Below are positions 29,875 through 37,400 of a DNA stretch of 37,400 nucleotides, piece after piece. The position numbers and the translations under genes are program-made. Under the pieces are notes generated by a model that saw only the letters and a program-made list of their open reading frames with translations, was not told the origin of the DNA and did not search any database. Numbering within the stretch: the stretch's first letter is position 1; each line of letters begins with the position of its first letter. Origin of the DNA: Nemertoderma westbladi (lineage: Eukaryota > Animalia > Xenacoelomorpha); contig JAUCBJ010000227.1 of the NCBI GenBank assembly GCA_032718475.1, positions 1 to 37,400 on the forward strand, written 5' to 3'.

Positions 29875-32800
29875 TCGTCTATATCGCTTCTACTAGAGAT
29901 GCTGATGATTACAGTGAGGAAACTCTAATAGCTGATCACTCAGATGAGGATACATTGGATCCCTGGATCAAAGCACTTCAGAGATGCTGTTGTGCTGAAC
30001 GTGGCAAAACTCGTACCATAATAACAGAACTTGAGTCTTTTTGCATAATGGATGAGTAAACGGTTGTTGTGGATGACCTCGTCTACCAAATAGAACTCGC
30101 GGAACTACAGCAGCAGAGTCTAAACGAAATCAAATTGGAACTCCTTGAGTTGGGATTTCATGACTCCTCTTCCACTCCATACGAATGTGACCTATATAAG
30201 GCTCTTTTTAATACTCGATGACTACTCTCACGCATTGACAATAATTATTCTTCTAACCACAGCATAGTTCCTCGCCAAATCATTCGGATGATCCTACTCA
30301 TGGTTTTAATAACTGTTCCTTCTTTTTTTTTTTGGGGGGGGGGGGGGGGGATATCTCAACTGGCGTCCTTTCTGGAAACAGTTTAAGGCTCTCATACAAT
30401 AATAGGGCCAAACTTCCTGAGGTGTACATAAATTTGTTTATCTCAAGAGTTTCCTGGAAGATGAGGCTAATGAGGCGTTATCGGGCCTCTCAATTTCATC
30501 CTCTAACTAAGCCGTCGCACTTACACGACTAAAACGCGGATATGGCAACCCATTTGCTTATTGGTTTATACTCCAGTGTTCTTTGTTCATTGCCTAAGAT
30601 CAAGGATAATGATGTCCATGGCTTCCGACAAACGATGGACTCCTTCGATGAAGCCCTTCAACAAATCCATCAACTCGCATTGGAAATAAACCCTTCCACC
30701 GAAACTAATGCGCCATCTACAGATATAACCTCGCTTATTCTGGAGCCACTTCTGATCCAGAAACTTCCACATGAAACTGTTCTGTTTGTGGAATAGAAAC
30801 AGCCTCGATGAGCAGTTTAACATCGATAGTCTACTAAAGTTTGTATTTACAGAACTGGAATCGCAAGAATCGCTTCTCTTTACATTTAACTGTAACTCTA
30901 GATCTGCTCGTACATCATCAATTATGATTCCAGCACCTCCGAACTACAACACTGCACATGCCTGTGGGTTTACTCCTTGTGGCCAAACCGGTACTATGGT
31001 TGCACTTCCTGTGAGTGAGTCAGTGTCCAAATGTCCTGCTTGTCATGCTCCAGCCTATTTATATAAAAAATGTACTACTTTTTGGCTAAAACACCTTCAG
31101 CACATGCTACTATTGTACGCTCTGCTCTACAGTGTATTAATTGCTTTGGTCTACACCCTGTCAGTGACTGTAAATACAAACGCCAATGTACTAACTGTGA
31201 TAGGTGTCACCATACACTACTGTCTTTCTTGAAGTCTTCACTTCGTAATCGAACTAATATGGGTCATTCTGGTGTTCAACAATCTGGTTCCACATCGTCT
31301 CCAGTACCCTCACTCAATAAGGTAAACACTATTCCTGTACCTTCTGTTAACCCTTCCATTAGCGTCTATATCCCAAATACAGGTAATCCTGGCAATTCAA
31401 CTATATTATCTGTGCTACAGGTTAGGCCTGAACAGACTCATACAGATTGTAAAGTCTTTGTAAAACTGGCCCGTGCATATCTGCATATCTGGTATAGACC
31501 AGATCTGGTTGTTGGATTTACATCTACATCGATGATGGATCCAAACAGTCCTATATTAAAACTTCTTTTGTTCGTGACTATAAGTTACCATGTCTTGAAA
31601 CATGTACAATGACTACAGGTTCATTTGATGATACAATGACCACAGAAGAATGCTCTCTCATTCAGTTTGAATTATTCAGTCAGTATTTCTCAGAACCAGT
31701 TACTCTTATAGCATGGACTGCTGAAAAACTATGTCCAACCATGTGACAAGAATATCTCTCCACTCTACCATCGCTAACCTCAGCCATTGGGTTGATAATA
31801 TTGATGGTGGAGAACGGGATATTGCTCATATTATTGGTACCAACCAAATTTGGAACGTTACAGGTCACACTGTTAGTTATTCAGATTGTCCTATAGTTGT
31901 TGAGACTTACTTTGGTTGTATTTTTTCCGGACCTTATTATAGTCAATGTGCTGTTGGCTCTCTCTCACCAATTCTAGCCATTAGTGACCTCTCGTCTTCA
32001 ACAAAAATGCGATTTGGACTCAGTTGGTGTTCGATTTCAGGATGTTTCCCCTCCAGTACTTCTTTCACCCACCCAGTCCCCTGATTGACCACCACACTAC
32101 CGAGTGCGTCTTCCATTCATTGGACATCTCAGGCCCCAATGTAATTTCTCTAGACTTGCTGCTATACAACCACGACTTCTCGCCTGCCTCTCTCCTAATG
32201 ACTGGGCAATATATAATGAGAAGATGGTTAAACTTCAGGCTGATGGAGTCATCAAACTCGCAACTACTCCACAGCATACTGGGTTTTACTTATCTCACCA
32301 TCTTGCAATTCATAAAGAGAAACATCGAGTAGTCTTTAATTGGTCTGCTCAGGATGCCAAAGGCATCAGTCTTAACTCATGTCTCGATCCAGGGCCTCTT
32401 TGGTTGATGTTCTACTCCATTACCGCCTTCATCAGTAAGTTGTGGTTGCTGATGTTGCTGCAGCTTTCCACCAGGTTGAACTTGATCCTGATGATCAACA
32501 ATTGACAAAGTTTATCAGGGATGGTAAAAGCATAACAGTTTATTTTCACACCTTTCGGACTCACTTCTAGTCCCTTTGAGCTGCACTCTACAATTCTTAG
32601 ACATGTTAAAGAGAATGCCAGCTTAGACTTCTTTCGATTACTCACTGCCAGTCTCTACTGTGATGATAAAATGCATAGTAATCCTGATTATAATTCAGCC
32701 CTGGAGTTTCTACACTCAGCTATAGAAATTCTTGCAGGTGCTAGTATGACACTTAAAGTTGTTAACTGCTCTGATGTTATTGGGGTTCCTTGGAATACCA

Positions 32801-33825
32801 TTATGGACAGTCTTTCAGTAAACACTTCAGATCTTCAAACTCCTACCCTATTCACTCGTTGGGAAATTCTACAGATTTCGGCTCAGGTCTACAGCCCCCT
32901 CATCATTGTTGCCCCATGCACCATGGGTTCTTCTAGCACGTATATTACTTCAGTGGGCCTGGATTCTTACCAAATCGTGGGATGACAAACTGCCTCTGGA
33001 ACTCCAGCAGTGTTGGTCGCGTTGGGTATCTGAGTCCAATGCAGTGTTCTCAATTCCTCACTGCATAAACTTCTAGAAGGATGGAACAGACTTTCATATC
33101 TTTTGTGATGCCTCTAGCTATGCCTATGCATTTTCTGTGTATGCAGTTCAACCGGGCTCTCTCCCAATCCTCTGTTTTTGTAAAGCCCGTGTGGCTCCGG
33201 TGACGAGATCTGTTAAGAAATCTTCACTATCCGTTCCTTGGTTAGAGCATATGGCTGCTCTACTTGGGGCACGATTCTCTAAACATATTTGTACTGATAT
33301 TGTTCAACCCCAATCCCGATGTATTTTCTTGTGGAGTGATTCACAATGTATACTTATCTGGATACGTATGGGTTTGGCTAAGCATGATGTTTTGCTCGAA
33401 CTGGCTTACTGAGATTGCCTCTCTTACCAAACCACAGACAATGGTGATTTATTCCCAGTACTCTCCAGTTTGCCCTCTCATGATGGTCAACCTCGAGCTG
33501 TTGAACTATCCCTACATGGACGTGTAACTACATTGGCTGTTCACCTCTTGGTCCCCCTTGAATGCGATTTTCATTTATCAACCAGGGGTTCATTCTGGGT
33601 GATGACCTCAGGGTCAATCAGCCAGCTACTTCAATTTGTGGGGGAAATGACCTTAGTGTCAATAACTCTGTGCCTTTGAATCGTGGTGGTGCTGCCGCTC
33701 TTCAATCTATAGCAACTCCTACTAAACAACTAACCCGAGTTGTTAACCCTGTGCCCACTACTGCACTAGTGCATCACCGGTCAGCTCTCCTTTGGACGCA
33801 CCATACGTAAACCTGATAAATTTCG
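29875..33825 (+). pseudogene. BEL/Pao gag-pol remnant
   Basis: Gag FGGD..W..FW, Cys/His knuckles (CPACH, CINCFGLH..C, CTNC..HHTLL), protease IDDGSKQSYI, RT (YLSHH, RVVFNWSA, SLNSCLDPGP, PFGLTSSPF, YCDD), Pao RNase H (HIFCDAS, CKARVAP, SVPWLEHMAALLGA, WSDS) and C-terminal VHLLVPLE, with many stops and frameshifts. Confidence 0.88.
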
Positions 33826-34410
33826 GGTGTGACGGGATCCCCGAGTTGGTGAGGGAATCCCGACTTTGTTTTGTCTTGGTTCAATACTCGTCGCCGCATC
33901 CGCTTGTTGTGGCTGAATGACTGAAGGCCGAAGGCCGGTATACTAAACGAGTTTGGTGTTAATGTTGTTAATCTCTGATAAGTAAGTATGCAAGTACCGG
34001 TAGTATAGCACAATCAGTAATACAATGACAGCAGACAACGACGACGGTTGAAAACCGTTCGACTTCTGCTCACCCAACAGCCCAATATACCAACTAAAGC
34101 ACAATTGACAGAGTAACGGTTATATATTACATGGGACACATTACCTACCTAGGTGTGGCCAACCAGTGGACGCGCTGTAATTGTGGACACATGCTGTCCC
34201 TCCATTGGTCAATCTATCCCCTTGGCCAAACCTACCTTCCCCTGGCTCCATGCTAGCTTCTACCCTGAGATGAGCTGTGCGCTGGCATCTCTCTCTCTGT
34301 GGCTGGCAATGTATATTGCCTTTATTGCTGTATTGGTTGTTAGGTGACATTATATTGGTAATGTCACCTAATCAACTATAATTGGTAAAAAGCCACTTTC
34401 CACATTTTCC
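33826..34410 (-). mobile_element. Possible solo LTR of an unrelated element inserted in the BEL 3' region
   Basis: The minus strand ends ...CCCGTCACA at 33826 with upstream TATATAA and ATTAAA motifs and interrupts BEL-like RKPDKF. The right boundary and TSD are uncertain. Confidence 0.3.
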
Positions 34411-34484
34411 ACTGGGTAGTGCAGCGAATTGGATCCGCTCACATCAGGACTGATCCAGCTCCCTACAGTCCTGATGTGGGGGTA

Positions 34485-35000
34485 TGTGCCAGACAGCCAG
34501 ACTAAGTCCAGACTAAGACCTGCCTTTGGATATGGTATATACTGGTACAGTATTGCAAAGCCTAACAGCCTAACACCTAAGGAGGTCATGCCTTTGACTG
34601 TCTGACTATTGTTATTACATATTATCCTACCGGTTCACTCTATGTGCATAGGCCTACTGTAACTATATCACATACCTGCAGACAGGCAGACCTGTCTGCA
34701 ATCTGCATGTCACCGTTGTGCCGTGAGTACTGCTGTACACTGTAGGCCTAGGCCTATGTCTGTCAGTATGTTGTTTATTCATTCTTATTAACGTTATGCT
34801 GTTATGTCTGTACAGCTGTATGTACCGGTAACAACTGCTGTTACATCAGTACATAATCAGTATATCTACAAAACTACAACTGATGTCAGGATGTTCCGGT
34901 CCGTGTTAGTTGGAGTTAGAGTTTTGGAGTTTACCTACTCTTCATTTTATACACATATTGCTGTTTTGACATAAAGCAGTACAGTCCACACATTCTGACA
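34485..35000 (+). repeat. 3' LTR of the BEL/Pao element, expanded by many micro-insertions
   Basis: Colinear with the 5' LTR but about 170 bp longer. Confidence 0.85.
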
Positions 35001-35505
35001 TTTATTATTATTAGCCTGATAGGACAGCAGGCAGGCAGCAGGCAGGAAAGGACAGCCGTAATACCTGAATACTGCTATACTGAAGGCCTATGGCAGTATA
35101 GTATGGCAATACTGTAATAGGCAGATAGCAGATAGCTGGATAGGGTAGGACTAATGTGTTTCAGGGCCTCCACCTTCAGACCTGTACTGTACTGGTACCG
35201 GCTGACCGGTACTCCAGGCTGACAGGTTGGAATTCATGCTGCAAAACACGTACCTGCAACCTGTGTGAATGCGGGAATGACGGCGAACCAGATGCGCGTT
35301 GCACGCCAGGCTGCAGGGCTGCAAATGGAGTGCAACGCGTTGTGCGCGGATTTGATTTGAAGCAGTGCGCGCTAAAATTGCGCGAAATTGTGTGAAAAAT
35401 AGGCCTACCAAAAGTGGGCGGTACGGTCTGACGGTAATCTGTCTGTCTGTGCTGTGCAAAAGATCAAAAGTGTTAAGTCAGTCGGCAGTCGGGGAGAAGT
35501 TCTAT

Positions 35506-35632
35506 TTTCAACTGAGTTGAAATTTCAACTTTATTTTTTAAAATTCAACTTTTTATTAAAATTCAACTTTTGGAGTGGGCCTAGGCCTAGAGTTTAAAAT
35601 TCAACTTTTTTTTTAAATTCAACTTTTGGAGT
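35506..35632. repeat. Cluster of short AAATTCAACTTTT repeats
   Basis: About five to six copies within ~130 bp. Confidence 0.75.
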
Positions 35633-35809
35633 AGCTTTGGAAATACTGAAATATGGAATTGGAATCCATTACTGGTATTCCATTGTATAAATAATTACAG
35701 AATTATGACATTCAGCGGTACGGTAATTAAACTGTTCTTGAGACTAGGATGGCTAAAACGTCTGTCCTTATCTGATGTGATCTGATCTGACGGTATCTGA
35801 CACTTGTTC

Positions 35810-35960
35810 CACCTCGGTGTAGTGGTTATATTGAATTCACATCTCGCGGAGGTCAGGAGGTTGTGGGTTCAATCCCGGCATGGCAGCATGGGGGCCAAGG
35901 TAGTTTTCGTTTCGGCACGAATGTTTTGAAGGGTTTAACGAGGCATCTCTGCCTTGCAGC
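35810..35960 (+). mobile_element. tRNA-derived SINE-like sequence (Pol III A and B boxes)
   Basis: ggtgtagtgg (A-box-like, ~35816) and gggttcaatccc (B box, ~35865). It does not close a full cloverleaf and is followed by an AT-rich tail. Confidence 0.55.
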
Positions 35961-36226
35961 CTTAAATATATATATATTATATATAATATAATATATAAAA
36001 GTTTAAATAAAACTCAGCCTACCGGTACTATTTTACATTACTAATTTTAAATACAATATAAAAATATTGGTATATTACATATTATATATGTTTGGTGTTA
36101 TCGACGAATAAATATCGTTACTTGCGTCGACAAGGAATCCTACTGACTTAAATACCGAGCTGCCGAGTGGCCTGAGAGGAATTCTTACAATCAAGTCGAG
36201 TGGTTATATAAACTGGGTGTGAGAAG

Positions 36227-37300
36227 ATGACTACACAAAGTCAACGCATTTCAGTTGGTACCTCGAAACCGGCGCGACTATCCACTGGATTACTACCACA
36301 ACATACAAATACAAATAATAAATCGAAAGCAAATCGAACGCCTGCTGAGGAATCTATCATCGGGACGCAAAAGAAGAAGCCGAAACCGCGGGAATGGACT
36401 ACAACTAAAATCGAGTGCTCCTATTGTCAGAGTTCATGGACTGAAATTGAAACCCCTATTGCTGATGGGCTTGACTTCTCTAACCAAAATTTCCTCTGTG
36501 GGATATGTGCCGCAAAAAGGATCGAATGTCTGGAAGCTGACAACGCTCGTCTACAATGTGCAAACGGCAAACTTGAAAGACAGTTGACCTCGCAATTTCG
36601 TCACCTAGTTGAGGAAAGCGAATCACAAACGCTTACCATGAATGCTATGCGGTCTGAGCTCGAAACACGGCTAAATAACATAGAGATTATTCAAACAGAG
36701 TTTAAATCGAAGTTGGAGTCGATTGATGATGTGCAGGTTATTACCGGTGAAATACATGTACCCGAGACCTGGGCCAATATTGTTAAAAGAAACACAGATG
36801 ACTTAAAGGAGCTCCAAAGCAAGATGGTATCACCCAACCGACAACGTCCCAGCGGCTCAACTGAAACGAATAATATAGAAAGAATAATCAAGCAAACAGA
36901 ACAACGCCGATTCAATGTTATCATTAAACGTCTACCAGGTGACGTTGTATCTAATAATACCGCAAAGCAGCGTGAAGCAGATGGTAAGTTGCTTAAGGAA
37001 GCACTAGATGTAACCCTCCCATATCGGTCAATAATAAGATTGGGAAAACCACGTGACGATAGGTCATCGCGCCCAACGCTGCTAACATTCCGTACACCCG
37101 AAGAGGCTGATGACATTATTGCACTAAAATCGTTCTCCTACATGAATGAGACATTTTACTTTGATCGGGATCTCTCTGCTTTTGAAAGAGAAAGAGCTTT
37201 CAAAGCCCGCCAAAGGAGACGTGAATTGGGTTTGAGACGCCAACAGCAACCCGTAAGTAGGGCAACAACTGATTGCGACACGGCCTCCACAACGGATTGA
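36227..37300 (+). CDS. LINE ORF1 protein (CR1/L2-group type)
   Basis: 357 aa intact. CxxC...CxxC zinc-finger-like region, coiled coil, then RRFNVIIKRLP, RLGK...RPTLLTF and FDRDLS..ER motifs typical of the RRM/CTD of CR1/L2-type ORF1. ORF2 presumably lies beyond the window. Confidence 0.82.
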   Translation: MTTQSQRISVGTSKPARLSTGLLPQHTNTNNKSKANRTPAEESIIGTQKKKPKPREWTTTKIECSYCQSSWTEIETPIADGLDFSNQNFLCGICAAKRIECLEADNARLQCANGKLERQLTSQFRHLVEESESQTLTMNAMRSELETRLNNIEIIQTEFKSKLESIDDVQVITGEIHVPETWANIVKRNTDDLKELQSKMVSPNRQRPSGSTETNNIERIIKQTEQRRFNVIIKRLPGDVVSNNTAKQREADGKLLKEALDVTLPYRSIIRLGKPRDDRSSRPTLLTFRTPEEADDIIALKSFSYMNETFYFDRDLSAFERERAFKARQRRRELGLRRQQQPVSRATTDCDTASTTD

Positions 37301-37341
37301 CTACCAGTGCTGACAGCAATACCTGCGGTCCTACGTACCCT

Positions 37342-37392
37342 GGCAGCGCCGCCCGCGCCCATGCTGACCCCGGCAGCGCCACCTGCGCCCAT
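37342..37392 (+). repeat. 30-bp GC-rich tandem repeat just after ORF1
   Basis: ggcagcgcc(g/a)cc(c/t)gcgcccat occurs twice at a 30-bp period. Confidence 0.7.
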
Positions 37393-37400
37393 ACGGACTC

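Larger units (their letters stand above)
29517..35000 (+). mobile_element. Decayed BEL/Pao LTR retrotransposon with both LTRs; integrase core deleted
   Basis: Related direct repeats at both ends begin with TGTG. There is a PBS-like remnant (ttcttcaaaccggat, ~29859-29872), a polypurine GGGGG before the 3' LTR, and near-matching flanks attat/tttat. Confidence 0.88.

Noticed and set aside
35730-35800. Hammerhead ribozyme of Penelope type
   Set aside because: Only a loose resemblance (ttgagactaggatggctaaaacgtc). The CUGANGA and GAAA cores are not intact.
35810-35890. Functional tRNA gene
   Set aside because: A and B boxes are present but no acceptor stem or anticodon arm can be closed, so it is better explained as a SINE head.

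Overview
This is AT-rich eukaryotic (most likely invertebrate animal) genomic DNA that consists almost entirely of transposable-element material around a single intact host-type gene, an intronless BTB-BACK-Kelch ORF (10366-12150). Left to right it contains: the 5' end of a minus-strand LTR-type retroelement (open gag-like frame 2283->1 that is missing from the ORF track, a ~2 kb repeat-rich leader and a putative LTR); a 5'-truncated LINE RT; a decayed CRE-like RLE retrotransposon; nested non-autonomous DNA transposons (hAT-, Kolobok- and piggyBac-like); a near-exact 1070-bp tandem duplication; a 58/48-bp hairpin plus G-rich satellite carrying two copies of one RTE-like LINE insertion; further LINE relics; a decayed BEL/Pao element with both LTRs; a tRNA-derived SINE-like head; and an intact LINE ORF1. 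Three observations stand out. (1) A ~650-nt non-coding segment is present in two diverged versions (4460-5120 and within the 1070-bp unit), and its substitutions preserve base-pairing on the minus strand, including compensatory pairs and a likely pseudoknot. It is a candidate large structured RNA of the retroelement leader, accompanied by a kissing-loop-like hairpin and a duplicated structured module. (2) One BEL LTR carries about a dozen locally templated micro-insertions that its sister LTR lacks, marking a local break/repair or transposon-footprint hotspot. (3) The satellite monomer couples a perfect hairpin to a thrombin-aptamer-like G-quadruplex motif. All alignments and pairings were done by eye, boundaries of decayed elements are approximate, and family assignments rest on remembered motifs rather than database searches.
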